Source: Escherichia coli (lineage in GTDB: Bacteria; Pseudomonadota; Gammaproteobacteria; Enterobacterales; Enterobacteriaceae). Taken from it: 64,000 nucleotides of DNA. This document shows, piece after piece, positions 12,892-26,407 of the stretch. The notes beneath the pieces were generated by a model. That model had not been told where the DNA came from, made no database searches, and saw only the letters and a list, made by a program, of their open reading frames with translations. Within the stretch, counting starts at the first letter, position 1, and each line of letters opens with the position of its first letter. The position numbers and the translations under genes were made by a program. The stretch lies in the NCBI RefSeq assembly GCF_041886205.1, contig NZ_CP169029.1; one strand, written 5' to 3'.

Positions 12892-13443
12892 ATGATGGTG
12901 CAGCACCTGAAAAGACGGCCATTAAGCCGCTATCTTAAAGACTTTAAACACAGCCAGACCCATTGCGCGCATTGCCGTAAATTACTCGATCGCATTACCT
13001 TAGTTCGCGACGGCAAAATAGTGAATAAAATCGAGATTTCCCGCCTGGACACGCTGCTTGATGAAAATGGCTGGCAAACGGAACAAAAATCATGGGCGGC
13101 ATTGTGCCGATTTTGCGGTGATTTACATTGCAAAACGCAGAGTGATTTTTTCGATATTATCGGCTTTAAGCAATTTCTTTTTGAGCAAACTGAAATGAGC
13201 CCTGGTACGGTGCGTGAATATGTCGTTCGTCTGCGCCGTTTGGGGAATCATCTACATGAGCAAAATATTTCCCTCGATCAGCTGCAGGACGGTTTCCTTG
13301 ATGAAATCCTCGCCCCGTGGCTGCCCACCACCAGCACCAACAATTACCGCATCGCATTACGGAAGTATCAACACTATCAGCGTCAAACGTGTACCGGACT
13401 TGTGCAGAAATCCTCCAGCCTGCCTGCTTCTGATATATATTAA
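12892..13443 (+). CDS. fliZ: regulator FliZ
   Basis: ORF 12856-13443; start moved to ATG at 12892 (MMVQHLKRRPLSRYL...) giving 183 aa. Confidence 0.9.
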   Translation: MMVQHLKRRPLSRYLKDFKHSQTHCAHCRKLLDRITLVRDGKIVNKIEISRLDTLLDENGWQTEQKSWAALCRFCGDLHCKTQSDFFDIIGFKQFLFEQTEMSPGTVREYVVRLRRLGNHLHEQNISLDQLQDGFLDEILAPWLPTTSTNNYRIALRKYQHYQRQTCTGLVQKSSSLPASDIY

Positions 13444-13530
13444 ATAAGAATAAGATGTAGCGGAGTTGTTTTTGTGTTTACAAACAATGGCTCTACACTG
13501 CAAACAGACATAACAACATTCGGGGTGAAT

Positions 13531-15422
<1,892 letters not shown>

Positions 15423-15436
15423 CTCCGGAAACGCTC

Positions 15437-16105
15437 ATGCAAGAAAGTATACAACTGGTTATTGATTCCTTGCCGTTCCTGCTGAAAGGGGCTGGGTATA
15501 CGCTGCAACTCAGTATCGGCGGCATGTTTTTTGGCTTATTACTCGGGTTTATTCTCGCGCTGATGCGCCTGTCGCCAATCTGGCCCGTGCGCTGGCTGGC
15601 GCGTTTTTATATCTCTATTTTTCGTGGTACGCCGCTCATCGCACAACTGTTTATGATCTATTACGGCCTGCCGCAGTTTGGCATCGAATTAGATCCCATT
15701 CCGTCAGCAATGATTGGTCTGTCGCTGAACACTGCCGCCTATGCCGCCGAAACACTGCGCGCCGCCATTTCTTCTATTGATAAAGGTCAGTGGGAAGCGG
15801 CAGCCAGTATTGGTATGACGCCGTGGCAGACCATGCGTCGCGCGATTTTGCCACAGGCGGCGCGTGTGGCGTTGCCGCCGCTGTCGAACAGCTTTATCAG
15901 CCTGGTAAAAGATACGTCGCTGGCCGCGACAATCCAGGTGCCGGAGCTGTTCCGTCAGGCACAGTTGATTACCTCGCGTACGCTGGAGGTGTTCACCATG
16001 TATCTGGCGGCTTCGCTCATCTACTGGATCATGGCGACTGTGTTATCGACGTTGCAGAACCATTTTGAGAATCAACTTAATCGCCAGGAGAGAGAACCAA
16101 AATGA
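15437..16105 (+). CDS. tcyL: cystine ABC transporter permease TcyL (YecS)
   Basis: 222-aa polar amino-acid ABC permease; 4-nt overlap with tcyN. Confidence 0.92.
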   Translation: MQESIQLVIDSLPFLLKGAGYTLQLSIGGMFFGLLLGFILALMRLSPIWPVRWLARFYISIFRGTPLIAQLFMIYYGLPQFGIELDPIPSAMIGLSLNTAAYAAETLRAAISSIDKGQWEAAASIGMTPWQTMRRAILPQAARVALPPLSNSFISLVKDTSLAATIQVPELFRQAQLITSRTLEVFTMYLAASLIYWIMATVLSTLQNHFENQLNRQEREPK

Positions 16106-16854
16106 GTGCCATTGAAGTTAAGAACCTGGTGAAAAAATTCCACGGTCAGACGGTGCTGCACGGTATCGACCTCGAGGTAAAGCCTGGCGAAGTGGTGGCA
16201 ATTATCGGTCCGAGTGGTTCCGGCAAAACCACGTTGCTACGCAGCATAAATCTGCTGGAACAACCGGAAGCGGGAACCATCACCGTTGGCGATATCACTA
16301 TTGATACTGCACGTTCATTAAGTCAGCAAAAATCGCTGATTCGCCAGTTGCGTCAGCACGTCGGGTTTGTCTTCCAGAACTTTAATTTGTTTCCGCATCG
16401 TACGGTGCTGGAGAACATTATTGAAGGGCCGGTGATCGTCAAAGGCGAACCGAAAGAAGAGGCCACGGCGCGCGCTCGCGAGCTGTTGGCGAAAGTTGGG
16501 CTGGCCGGTAAAGAAACCAGCTATCCACGTCGTTTGTCTGGCGGTCAACAGCAGCGTGTTGCGATCGCGCGTGCGCTGGCAATGCGTCCTGAGGTGATTT
16601 TGTTTGACGAGCCAACGTCGGCGCTGGATCCAGAGCTGGTGGGCGAAGTCCTGAACACCATCCGTCAGCTGGCGCAGGAAAAGCGCACGATGGTGATTGT
16701 GACGCACGAAATGAGCTTTGCCCGGGATGTTGCGGACCGGGCGATCTTTATGGACCAGGGGCGGATAGTCGAGCAGGGGGCCGCAAAAGCGTTATTTGCC
16801 GATCCTGAGCAGCCTCGCACCCGCCAGTTCCTCGAGAAGTTTCTGCTGCAATAA
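16102..16854 (+). CDS. tcyN: cystine ABC transporter ATP-binding protein TcyN (YecC)
   Basis: 250-aa ORF with Walker A (GPSGSGKTT), ABC signature (LSGGQQQRV) and Walker B. Confidence 0.92.
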   Translation: MSAIEVKNLVKKFHGQTVLHGIDLEVKPGEVVAIIGPSGSGKTTLLRSINLLEQPEAGTITVGDITIDTARSLSQQKSLIRQLRQHVGFVFQNFNLFPHRTVLENIIEGPVIVKGEPKEEATARARELLAKVGLAGKETSYPRRLSGGQQQRVAIARALAMRPEVILFDEPTSALDPELVGEVLNTIRQLAQEKRTMVIVTHEMSFARDVADRAIFMDQGRIVEQGAAKALFADPEQPRTRQFLEKFLLQ

Positions 16855-17083
16855 TAAGAAAAAATCAGCCCCGACGATTCGACAGTCGGGGCGGAACGCC
16901 ATTTCAAGCGTGATAAAACTGTTTAACAAATCAGCATAACTCATTAATAACATAAGAGAATGCGATGGCTTGCAAAAGTAATTCATTGTCTGAATAATAT
17001 AAATTATATATAAATCTTATTTATGTGATAGTTTGAATTATCATTATAAATGATACTCACTCTCAGGGGCGTTGCGGTTTACT

Positions 17084-17806
17084 ATGCAGGATACGGATTT
17101 TTTCAGCTGGCGTCGCACGATGCTGTTGCATTTTCAGAGGATGGAGGCCGCAGAAGAGGTCTACCATGAAATAGAGCTTCAGGCTCAGCTGCTGGAGTAC
17201 GATTACTATTCGTTATGTGTTCGCCACCCGGTACCATTCACGCGACCTAAAGTGGCTTTCTACACCAATTACCCTGAGGCGTGGGTTAGTTATTATCAGG
17301 CAAAAAACTTTCTCGCAATTGATCCGGTGCTGAACCCTGAAAACTTTAGTCAGGGCCATTTAATGTGGAATGATGACTTATTCAGCGAAGCACAGCCGTT
17401 ATGGGAAGCCGCGCGCGCACATGGTTTACGCCGCGGTGTCACTCAGTATTTAATGCTGCCAAACCGGGCGCTGGGCTTTTTGTCCTTTTCCCGTTGCAGC
17501 GCGCGCGAAATACCCATTCTTAGTGATGAACTGCAATTAAAAATGCAGTTACTGGTGCGCGAAAGTCTGATGGCTCTGATGCGTTTAAATGATGAAATAG
17601 TGATGACGCCAGAGATGAATTTCAGCAAGCGCGAAAAAGAAATTCTGAGGTGGACGGCGGAAGGGAAGACATCAGCAGAGATAGCGATGATTTTGTCAAT
17701 CTCTGAGAATACGGTCAATTTCCACCAGAAAAACATGCAGAAAAAAATTAATGCACCGAATAAGACCCAGGTTGCCTGTTACGCGGCCGCTACTGGTTTA
17801 ATTTGA
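17084..17806 (+). CDS. sdiA: LuxR-family quorum-sensing regulator SdiA
   Basis: ORF 17072-17806; start at 17084 (MQDTDFFSWRR...) giving 240 aa; autoinducer-binding N domain and LuxR HTH. Confidence 0.93.
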   Translation: MQDTDFFSWRRTMLLHFQRMEAAEEVYHEIELQAQLLEYDYYSLCVRHPVPFTRPKVAFYTNYPEAWVSYYQAKNFLAIDPVLNPENFSQGHLMWNDDLFSEAQPLWEAARAHGLRRGVTQYLMLPNRALGFLSFSRCSAREIPILSDELQLKMQLLVRESLMALMRLNDEIVMTPEMNFSKREKEILRWTAEGKTSAEIAMILSISENTVNFHQKNMQKKINAPNKTQVACYAAATGLI

Positions 17807-17834
17807 TCTCTTTTCTGTCCTGCGTGCCAGATGC

Positions 17835-17872
17835 AAAAAACGGCTGAAAGGCACGCTCTCAGCCGGTTTTAT
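17835..17872. terminator. bidirectional rho-independent terminator between convergent sdiA and yecF
   Basis: A6 tract, GGCTGA...TCAGCC hairpin, then T4. Confidence 0.6.
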
Positions 17873-17873
17873 A

Positions 17874-18098
17874 TTACTGACGGTAGGCTTGTTTAATTTG
17901 CTTAACCGTTTTGGAAAATACTGCAGCCTGGGTTTCGTCTTCGATCAGCGCAAGCTGTTTTTCCATCTTTAACATCACGCGGCCCGCGTCAGCTTGTCCC
18001 ATCGCCTGCAGCATCAGCGTCAGCATCGCTTTCAGGCAGGAGACTTCATTTGCCAGTTCTTGATTATTCTCGGCAGTAGAAAAATCAGGCGTACTCAT
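17874..18098 (-). CDS. yecF: uncharacterised protein YecF
   Basis: 74-aa ORF; synteny between sdiA and uvrY. Confidence 0.8.
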
Positions 18099-18556
18099 TT
18101 ATTTTCCTCGTCATGTTGCAATGAAAATTTGCGGTGAAAAATGTTAAGGCGGCGGAGTATACCATAAGCTTTGCTAAAAATAGCAGTGGTTGTTTTTTGA
18201 GCGTGCCGTCAACGGTGCTATTAAATGCGTTAATATAATGACCAATAAATATTTTTATCATGAATGTTTTTTGCCCGTATTGTTCGGGTTAATTAATGTT
18301 ACATATTCAGCGGGCTGATTTTCATTTTTGCTGAATAAAGGTAATTTTTGTCACATTTCGTCGCAGGGCTTACTGTGAAACGATCCGGTAAGCCGTTGGT
18401 GACGGGCGTGACCATAACTGTGGACAATCGAATTGACAAAAACGAGAGAAAAATCGAATACCCACCATTTTTAACGTTTCAAAGTTGCAATAAAAACCGC
18501 TAATATACGAATGACTAACTATCAGTAGCGTTATCCCTATTTCTGGAGATATTCCT

Positions 18557-19213
18557 TTGATCAACGTTCTACTTGTTGATGACCACGAACTGGTGCGCGC
18601 AGGGATACGACGCATTCTGGAAGATATAAAGGGTATAAAAGTCGTTGGAGAGGCATCGTGCGGTGAAGACGCCGTTAAGTGGTGCCGGACAAATGCCGTT
18701 GACGTGGTGCTAATGGACATGAGTATGCCGGGCATTGGCGGTCTTGAGGCGACGCGTAAAATCGCGCGTTCCACAGCTGATGTCAAAATCATCATGCTTA
18801 CCGTCCATACAGAAAACCCTTTACCAGCGAAAGTCATGCAGGCCGGTGCTGCGGGCTACCTCAGCAAAGGCGCGGCTCCGCAGGAAGTCGTGAGTGCGAT
18901 TCGTTCTGTCTATTCTGGGCAGCGTTACATTGCTTCTGACATCGCTCAACAAATGGCATTAAGCCAGATCGAACCAGAAAAAACAGAAAGCCCATTTGCC
19001 AGTTTGTCTGAACGTGAATTGCAGATTATGCTGATGATCACTAAGGGCCAGAAGGTCAATGAGATCTCAGAACAGCTCAATCTCAGTCCGAAAACGGTGA
19101 ACAGCTACCGCTATCGAATGTTCAGTAAACTAAACATTCATGGCGATGTTGAGCTGACTCACCTGGCAATTCGCCATGGTCTGTGTAATGCGGAGACATT
19201 ATCAAGTCAGTGA
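18557..19213 (+). CDS. uvrY: response regulator UvrY (BarA partner)
   Basis: 218-aa ORF with TTG start ([21 protein letters not shown]...); receiver plus LuxR-type HTH; 4-nt overlap with uvrC. Confidence 0.93.
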
Positions 19214-21042
19214 GTGATCAGTTTGACGCAAAAGCGTTTTTAAAAACCGTAACCAGCCAGCCAGGCGTTTATCGCATGTACGATGCTGGTGGTACGGTTA
19301 TCTATGTCGGCAAAGCGAAAGACCTGAAAAAACGGCTTTCCAGCTATTTCCGTAGCAACCTCGCTTCGCGCAAAACCGAAGCGCTGGTCGCCCAGATCCA
19401 GCAAATTGATGTAACGGTTACTCATACAGAAACCGAAGCGCTGTTGCTGGAACACAACTACATCAAACTCTATCAGCCGCGTTACAACGTTTTGCTACGC
19501 GATGATAAATCATATCCTTTTATCTTCCTGAGTGGCGATACCCACCCGCGTCTGGCGATGCATCGTGGTGCGAAGCATGCCAAAGGTGAATATTTCGGCC
19601 CGTTCCCGAATGGCTATGCCGTACGTGAAACACTGGCGCTACTGCAAAAGATTTTCCCCATTCGCCAGTGCGAAAATAGTGTTTATCGCAATCGCTCGCG
19701 TCCGTGTCTGCAATATCAGATAGGGCGCTGTCTGGGGCCGTGCGTTGAAGGGCTGGTGAGTGAAGAAGAATACGCTCAGCAGGTCGAGTATGTGCGCCTG
19801 TTTTTGTCTGGCAAAGATGATCAGGTGCTTACGCAACTCATTAGCCGTATGGAAACTGCCAGCCAGAATCTGGAGTTTGAAGAAGCGGCACGTATTCGCG
19901 ACCAAATTCAGGCGGTGCGACGCGTCACCGAAAAACAGTTTGTGTCCAATACCGGCGACGACCTTGACGTTATTGGTGTGGCGTTCGATGCGGGCATGGC
20001 TTGTGTCCACGTATTGTTCATTCGTCAGGGCAAAGTCCTCGGCAGCCGCAGCTATTTCCCGAAAGTGCCTGGCGGTACGGAACTGAGCGAGGTGGTGGAA
20101 ACCTTCGTAGGTCAGTTCTATTTACAAGGCAGCCAGATGCGCACCTTACCGGGTGAGATCCTGCTCGATTTTAATCTTAGCGATAAAACGCTGCTCGCCG
20201 ATTCCCTTTCAGAACTGGCGGGACGCAAGATTAATGTGCAAACCAAACCTCGCGGCGATCGGGCGCGTTATCTGAAACTCGCGCGCACCAATGCGGCGAC
20301 GGCCTTAACCAGCAAACTTTCGCAGCAATCTACCGTTCACCAGCGGCTGACAGCGCTTGCCAGCGTGTTGAAATTGCCGGAAGTGAAGCGGATGGAGTGC
20401 TTTGACATCAGCCATACCATGGGGGAACAAACCGTCGCTTCCTGTGTGGTGTTTGATGCTAACGGCCCGCTGCGTGCGGAGTATCGGCGCTATAACATTA
20501 CTGGCATCACGCCGGGCGATGATTATGCGGCGATGAATCAGGTGCTGCGTCGGCGTTATGGTAAAGCCATTGACGACAGTAAGATCCCGGATGTGATCCT
20601 TATCGACGGCGGCAAAGGCCAGCTTGCGCAGGCGAAAAATGTCTTCGCCGAACTGGATGTCTCATGGGATAAAAATCATCCGCTGCTACTTGGCGTTGCC
20701 AAAGGAGCAGATCGTAAGGCTGGGCTGGAAACGCTGTTCTTTGAGCCGGAAGGTGAGGGATTCAGTTTGCCACCAGATTCTCCCGCGCTGCATGTTATCC
20801 AGCATATTCGCGATGAATCACACGATCACGCGATTGGCGGGCACCGTAAAAAACGGGCGAAGGTCAAAAATACCAGTTCCCTGGAAACTATTGAAGGCGT
20901 CGGGCCAAAACGTCGGCAAATGTTGTTGAAATATATGGGCGGTTTGCAAGGTTTACGTAACGCCAGCGTCGAGGAAATTGCAAAAGTGCCGGGTATTTCG
21001 CAAGGTCTGGCAGAAAAGATCTTCTGGTCGTTGAAACATTGA
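19210..21042 (+). CDS. uvrC: excinuclease ABC subunit C
   Basis: 610-aa ORF with GTG start; GIY-YIG N-terminal domain ([24 protein letters not shown]). Confidence 0.95.
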
Positions 21043-21098
21043 TGTCTCTGTAGCAACATAGGGGTAATCTTACTGACAACAGATAGTTACCCGTCATT

Positions 21099-21647
21099 AT
21101 GCAATTTAATATCCCTACGTTGCTTACACTGTTCCGTGTCATCCTTATCCCATTCTTTGTATTGGTCTTTTATCTGCCTGTCACCTGGTCGCCGTTTGCC
21201 GCCGCGCTCATTTTCTGCGTCGCGGCGGTGACTGACTGGTTCGATGGTTTTCTGGCACGCCGCTGGAACCAGAGTACCCGGTTTGGTGCTTTCCTTGACC
21301 CTGTCGCAGATAAAGTTCTCGTGGCTATCGCCATGGTGCTGGTAACCGAGCATTACCACAGCTGGTGGGTGACCTTACCGGCAGCAACGATGATCGCCCG
21401 TGAAATTATTATTTCTGCGCTACGCGAATGGATGGCGGAGTTGGGTAAACGCAGTAGCGTGGCTGTCTCCTGGATTGGGAAAGTGAAAACCACTGCCCAG
21501 ATGGTGGCGTTAGCCTGGCTGCTGTGGCGTCCGAACATTTGGGTTGAGTACGCCGGTATTGCACTTTTCTTTGTGGCTGCGGTACTGACTCTGTGGTCAA
21601 TGTTGCAATATTTGAGCGCTGCGCGTGCAGATTTGCTTGATCAGTGA
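21099..21647 (+). CDS. pgsA: CDP-diacylglycerol--glycerol-3-phosphate 3-phosphatidyltransferase
   Basis: 182-aa membrane ORF with CDP-alcohol phosphatidyltransferase motif; synteny upstream of tRNA cluster. Confidence 0.93.
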
Positions 21648-21697
21648 TCGTTTCGGCGCAATTTTCAGCAAACGATCAAAAGTGGTGAAAAATATCG

Positions 21698-21725
21698 TTG
21701 ACTCATCGCGCCAGGTAAGTAGAAT
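21698..21725 (+). promoter_or_regulatory. candidate sigma70 promoter of the glyW-cysT-leuZ tRNA operon
   Basis: TTGACT (21698-21703), 16-bp spacer, TAGAAT (21720-21725); A-rich stretch upstream. Confidence 0.45.
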
Positions 21726-21798
21726 GCAACGCATCGAACGGCGGCACTGATTGCCAGACGATAATAAAATCAAGTGATTAACTGATTGCTTGATGAAT

Positions 21799-21874
<76 letters not shown>

Positions 21875-21927
21875 GTTTAAAAGACATCGGCGTAAGCGGA
21901 TGTCTGGCTGAAAGGCCTGAAGAATTT

Positions 21928-22001
21928 GGCGCGTTAACAAAGCGGTTATGTAGCGGATTGCAAATCCGTCTAGTCCGGTTCGACTCCGGAACGCGCCTCC
22001 A
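21928..22001 (+). tRNA. cysT: tRNA-Cys (GCA)
   Basis: 74-nt sequence GGCGCGTTAACAAAGCGGTTATGTAGCGGATTGCAAATCCG...CGCGCCTCCA. Confidence 0.92.
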
Positions 22002-22013
22002 CTTTCTTCCCGA

Positions 22014-22100
22014 GCCCGGATGGTGGAATCGGTAGACACAAGGGATTTAAAATCCCTCGGCGTTCGCGCTGTGCGGGTTCAAGTCCCGCTCCGGGTACCA
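22014..22100 (+). tRNA. leuZ: tRNA-Leu (long variable arm)
   Basis: 87-nt sequence GCCCGGATGGTGGAATCGGTAGACACAAGGGATTTAAAATCCC...CCGGGTACCA. Confidence 0.92.
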
Positions 22101-22143
22101 TGGGAAAGATAAGAATAAAATCAAAGCAATAAGCAGTGTCGTG

Positions 22144-22168
22144 AAACCACCTTCGGGTGGTTTTTTTG
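22144..22168 (+). terminator. rho-independent terminator of the tRNA operon
   Basis: Hairpin AAACCACC-TTCG-GGTGGTTT followed by a T tract. Confidence 0.65.
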
Positions 22169-22295
22169 TGCCTGCAACTTGTCGTTACACCCTCCTTAAT
22201 TTTTAATCACCGGCAAAGCCACTCAAAAAGTATCTCTGATACGGACCGGCATGTAAGATAGGTGCTGGCGAGTTGAGATCCACAAGGAAAAGCGT

Positions 22296-22961
22296 ATGAA
22301 AACGGGACCGTTAAACGAAAGTGAGTTGGAATGGCTGGACGATATTCTGACCAAATACAACACTGACCACGCCATCCTTGATGTGGCGGAGCTGGACGGT
22401 TTATTGACGGCGGTGTTGAGTTCTCCGCAAGAGATTGAACCGGAACAGTGGCTGGTTGCCGTGTGGGGTGGGGCTGACTATGTGCCGCGCTGGGCGTCAG
22501 AGAAAGAGATGACGCGCTTTATGAACCTGGCCTTTCAACATATGGCCGATACCGCAGAGCGTCTGAACGAATTCCCGGAGCAGTTTGAGCCGTTATTCGG
22601 CTTGCGAGAAGTCGATGGCAGCGAGCTGACGATTGTTGAGGAGTGGTGCTTTGGCTATATGCGGGGCGTGGCACTTTCTGACTGGTCAACGTTGCCCGAT
22701 TCGTTAAAACCAGCGCTGGAGGCGATTGCGCTGCACGGTACTGAGGAAAACTTCGAGCGGGTAGAGAAGATGTCGCCAGAAGCGTTTGAAGAGAGCGTAG
22801 ATGCCATTCGACTGGCGGCGCTTGATCTACATGCGTACTGGATGGCGCATCCGCAGGAAAAAGCTGTTCAGCAACCGATCAAAGCAGAAGAGAAACCGGG
22901 GCGTAACGATCCTTGCCCGTGCGGTAGTGGTAAGAAATTTAAGCAGTGCTGCCTGCATTAA
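22296..22961 (+). CDS. yecA: UPF0149-family protein YecA with C-terminal SEC-C metal-binding motif
   Basis: 221-aa ORF ending ...[18 protein letters not shown]. Confidence 0.88.
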   Translation: MKTGPLNESELEWLDDILTKYNTDHAILDVAELDGLLTAVLSSPQEIEPEQWLVAVWGGADYVPRWASEKEMTRFMNLAFQHMADTAERLNEFPEQFEPLFGLREVDGSELTIVEEWCFGYMRGVALSDWSTLPDSLKPALEAIALHGTEENFERVEKMSPEAFEESVDAIRLAALDLHAYWMAHPQEKAVQQPIKAEEKPGRNDPCPCGSGKKFKQCCLH

Positions 22962-23022
22962 GAGGTCAAATTGGGTGTCAGCGTTAATTCTGGCACCCAA
23001 TAAGGAATTTGAGGCTATCTGA

Positions 23023-24234
23023 TCACCCCACTTCTGGTAACAACCCTGCCGCAATCAAAAATTGCACGCCAATCACAGCAATACCACAGAGAAACACCAC
23101 CACCAGCGCCGGACGACCACCTTTCACCCGGTAACCCGCCTGAGGATTGTGCTTTCTGCTTTGCCAGGTCAACAGCGAAGGGATAATCAATGCCAGTACC
23201 GCCAGCGCCACACCGGCGTAACCCAGCGCCATCACAAATCCTCGTGGATAAAACAGTGCAAACGCCAACGGCGGCAGAAAGGTAATTGCACCAGTTTGCA
23301 ACCGTCCACCAACGGTATTTGGACGCTGAAACAAATCAGCCAGATAATCAAATAAGCCTAACGCAACGCCGAGAAATGACGTGGCGAGGGCTAAATCAGC
23401 AAATAAATGCACCGCCAGTTCAACATGCGGAGAGGCCACCATTTCGCGTAACGCCTGTAACAGCCCGTTTAATCCGGCATGATTAGCCAGCAATCCCATA
23501 AAGGTTGTTGAATCAATGCTGCCAAGCGTCGCCACCTGCCAGAAAATATATGCCACCAGGGGGATCGCACTACCGGTTATAAACACCCAGCGTAGCTTAC
23601 GAATGTTGCCATCCATATAGCTGACAATACTCGGCACACTACCGTGAAAACCAAACGACGTAAAAATCACCGGGATTGCAGACAGTGCCAGCCCCTGTTG
23701 CAACGGCAGGGTTAAAAGATTCACTTTGTGAATATGCGGTAGCAGTAGTACCAGCATTACCACCAGAAAAATAATTTTGGCGCTGAACAGAAAACGGTTA
23801 AATAAATCGACCAGCGATGTCCCGACACAAACCACGCCACCGGCAACAAAAGTGAACAACAGCACGCCAGCGGTTGCCGACATTGAAATACCTGTCCAGC
23901 CGCTGATGCTGGAGGCCAACAATTCACCAGCACCGCTGATGTATGCCGCAGTCAGAGCATACATTAAGAACATCATACTGAAGCCCGTCAGCCACTGACC
24001 GTAGCGTCCCAGATAGCGTTTTGCCAGCGTGCCCAGGCCGGTATCTGCCGGAACATGCTGGTACACCTCCAGCAGTAATAGCGCCGTGTAGCACATCAAC
24101 GCCCAAAGCCCAATCAACAAGATTAACGTGACGCTAAAACCAACACCTGCCGCAGCCAGCGGCATTGCCAGCATGCCTGCGCCAATTGTGGTTCCCGCCA
24201 CGATAAAAACACTTCCCAGAGTTCTGTTTTTCAC
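23023..24234 (-). CDS. tyrP: tyrosine-specific transport protein TyrP
   Basis: 403-aa polytopic membrane ORF; TyrR box upstream. Confidence 0.93.
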   Translation of the reverse strand: MKNRTLGSVFIVAGTTIGAGMLAMPLAAAGVGFSVTLILLIGLWALMCYTALLLLEVYQHVPADTGLGTLAKRYLGRYGQWLTGFSMMFLMYALTAAYISGAGELLASSISGWTGISMSATAGVLLFTFVAGGVVCVGTSLVDLFNRFLFSAKIIFLVVMLVLLLPHIHKVNLLTLPLQQGLALSAIPVIFTSFGFHGSVPSIVSYMDGNIRKLRWVFITGSAIPLVAYIFWQVATLGSIDSTTFMGLLANHAGLNGLLQALREMVASPHVELAVHLFADLALATSFLGVALGLFDYLADLFQRPNTVGGRLQTGAITFLPPLAFALFYPRGFVMALGYAGVALAVLALIIPSLLTWQSRKHNPQAGYRVKGGRPALVVVFLCGIAVIGVQFLIAAGLLPEVG

Positions 24235-24325
24235 GCTTTCTTCTGTCCTGACGATCTTTATGAGTGATATCTGCGGCGCAGGTTAAGGCATAACGGCTGC
24301 TTCGTCAAACCGACGTTACATATAG

Positions 24326-24343
24326 TGTAAATATAAATGTACA
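24326..24343. promoter_or_regulatory. TyrR box upstream of tyrP
   Basis: TGTAAA-N6-TGTACA (TGTAAATATAAATGTACA) about 90 bp upstream of the tyrP start. Confidence 0.6.
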
Positions 24344-24423
24344 ATAAAAGCGTTTAGTTCTGCGCTGGCGCAAAGTCTTCATAAGCGGCAATCGCTACGC
24401 TAGGCTTTTTTTGAGGAGGAACG

Positions 24424-24663
24424 ATGGACTCTATCCACGGTCATGAAGTGTTAAATATGATGATTGAATCAGGCGAGCAATATACGCATGCCAGTCTGGA
24501 AGCAGCAATTAAAGCGCGTTTTGGTGAACAGGCACGTTTTCACACCTGCTCGGCAGAAGGGATGACTGCGGGAGAGCTGGTAGCGTTTCTGGCAGCAAAA
24601 GGCAAATTTATACCTTCAGAAGAAGGTTTTTCGACCGATCAGAGTAAGATTTGCCGTCACTGA
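24424..24663 (+). CDS. yecH: uncharacterised protein YecH
   Basis: 79-aa ORF; synteny between tyrP and ftnA. Confidence 0.8.
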   Translation: MDSIHGHEVLNMMIESGEQYTHASLEAAIKARFGEQARFHTCSAEGMTAGELVAFLAAKGKFIPSEEGFSTDQSKICRH

Positions 24664-24700
24664 TTTGAAACGGCGGCAGAAAACCTGCCGCCTGAGAGCA

Positions 24701-25198
24701 TTAGTTTTGTGTGTCGAGGGTAGAGAGTTCTTTGTCGATAAAATACAGACCTTCGCCGCTTTTGCCTGCCAGGCTTAATTTATCAATAATCGATTTGAAC
24801 AGTTTCTCTTCTTCATGCTGCTCAGAAACATACCATTGCAGGAAATTAAATGTTGGGTAGTCCTGATTGGTCATTGCAGCATGAGCCAGTTCGTTAATTT
24901 TCTGCGTGATTAATTGTTCGTGTTTATAGGTTTCCTGGAATAATTCATCAAGTGAGGAATATTCAGCAAACGGAGATTCAACGGTATTAATACGCGGTAA
25001 ATTGCCGGTATCAGTCAGGTAATCAAACAGACGCTGCATATGCGTCATCTCTTCCTGGGCGTGACGGCGCAGAAACGCGGCAGCACCTTCGAAGGTATGA
25101 TAGCTGCACCAGGCGCTCATTTGCTGATAAAGCAGTGAAGAGTACAGTTCCAGGTTCATCTGCTCATTAAGTTTTTCAATCATTTCTGGTTTCAGCAT
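24701..25198 (-). CDS. ftnA: ferritin FtnA
   Basis: ORF 24701-25213; start at the second Met ([21 protein letters not shown]...) giving 165 aa; ferritin-like di-iron motifs. Confidence 0.93.
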
Positions 25199-25368
25199 GA
25201 TAGTGCTCCACAAAGGTTATATTTGTTGCTGTGGCGTCACTATAATTTGTTATTTTATTATTTGCAAAAGGTAAAATATAAACTTCAATTATTAAAAATA
25301 CGAATGGGAATAAAACGCATTACCGCTATTTCTTTAATCAGCGAAGATCCCCTCGCTGATTAAAATAT

Positions 25369-25692
25369 TTAGAGAAAGACAGGGAAGGCGGAATGATGGC
25401 ACTGATATGACAAAGTGAATTCCGTATTCAAACATAAGGAACCCGCAAAAAGGCTACAGTTGCCTACTGGCTGACCAAAGGGGACCGCGTGGGTATAGCC
25501 TTCCTGCTGGCATGCGCGATCGGCGATCCCGCGACTGACATAACGATCGGTATGGGCATGCTGCAAAAAAGCCTGGTCATAAACTAACCGTACAATACCT
25601 GTTGCCGCGTCAACTTTGCTCACATGGGCTTGGCGAGTAACCGTACACCCCGCCAGCGTTATTAATGAAAGAGTCAGAATCAGAAGTCTCAT
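25369..25692 (-). CDS. yecR: lipoprotein YecR
   Basis: 107-aa ORF with lipobox (LITLAGC). Confidence 0.8.
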   Translation of the reverse strand: MRLLILTLSLITLAGCTVTRQAHVSKVDAATGIVRLVYDQAFLQHAHTDRYVSRGIADRACQQEGYTHAVPFGQPVGNCSLFAGSLCLNTEFTLSYQCHHSAFPVFL

Positions 25693-25954
25693 GGTCCAGC
25701 CAGAAGAGTAAGAGAAAGCACTATTTTACGCGTTACAGTGCTGCGACAATGGCCGGAAAAGACGCCTGGCAGGCGCTATTTCTTGCCATCTGTAGGTGTC
25801 AGAAATAGGGGGGCTGTTTTTTGATTATCATTTTCATAACATTAAAGGGGTATTTATGTGATTTGCATCACATAAAGATTGATTTTTGTGATGGTTGTCA
25901 TATTATAAGCGCAAAGACAATAACACCTGTATAACAAATAGTCGGAGTGCCGCG

Positions 25955-26041
25955 ATGAAACTGCGCAAAATCCTGAAAAGTATGTTCAATAACTATTGCA
26001 AGACGTTCAAAGACGTACCGCCAGGCAATATGTTCCGATAA
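25955..26041 (+). CDS. azuC: small protein AzuC (28 aa)
   Basis: ATG at 25955 encodes MKLRKILKSMFNNYCKTFKDVPPGNMFR then TAA; below the 60-aa ORF-track cutoff; correct position between yecR and yecJ. Confidence 0.7.
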   Translation: MKLRKILKSMFNNYCKTFKDVPPGNMFR

Positions 26042-26155
26042 CAAAAAACCTGCTCCGGCAGGTTTTTTTGTGTCCTGATGACGGTGGATGTGACTATCGC
26101 TGAAGATGTGAAGCCGCTACTATAACGGCTTTCAAAATGCTATCAGGAGTTTACG

Positions 26156-26407
26156 ATGTCCCAGCCGCTGAATGCCGATCAGGAACTGGTTTCTGATGTG
26201 GTTGCTTGCCAGTTGGTTATCAAACAAATTCTGGATGTTCTCGATGTAATCGCGCCCGTTGAAGTTCGTGAAAAAATGTCCAGTCAGCTGAAGAATATCG
26301 ACTTTACTAACCATCCCGCCGCCGCAGACCCGGTCACCATGCGGGCAATCCAAAAAGCCATCGCGCTTATTGAACTCAAGTTTACCCCACAGGGTGAATC
26401 CCATTAA
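26156..26407 (+). CDS. yecJ: uncharacterised protein YecJ
   Basis: 83-aa ORF; synteny. Confidence 0.8.
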
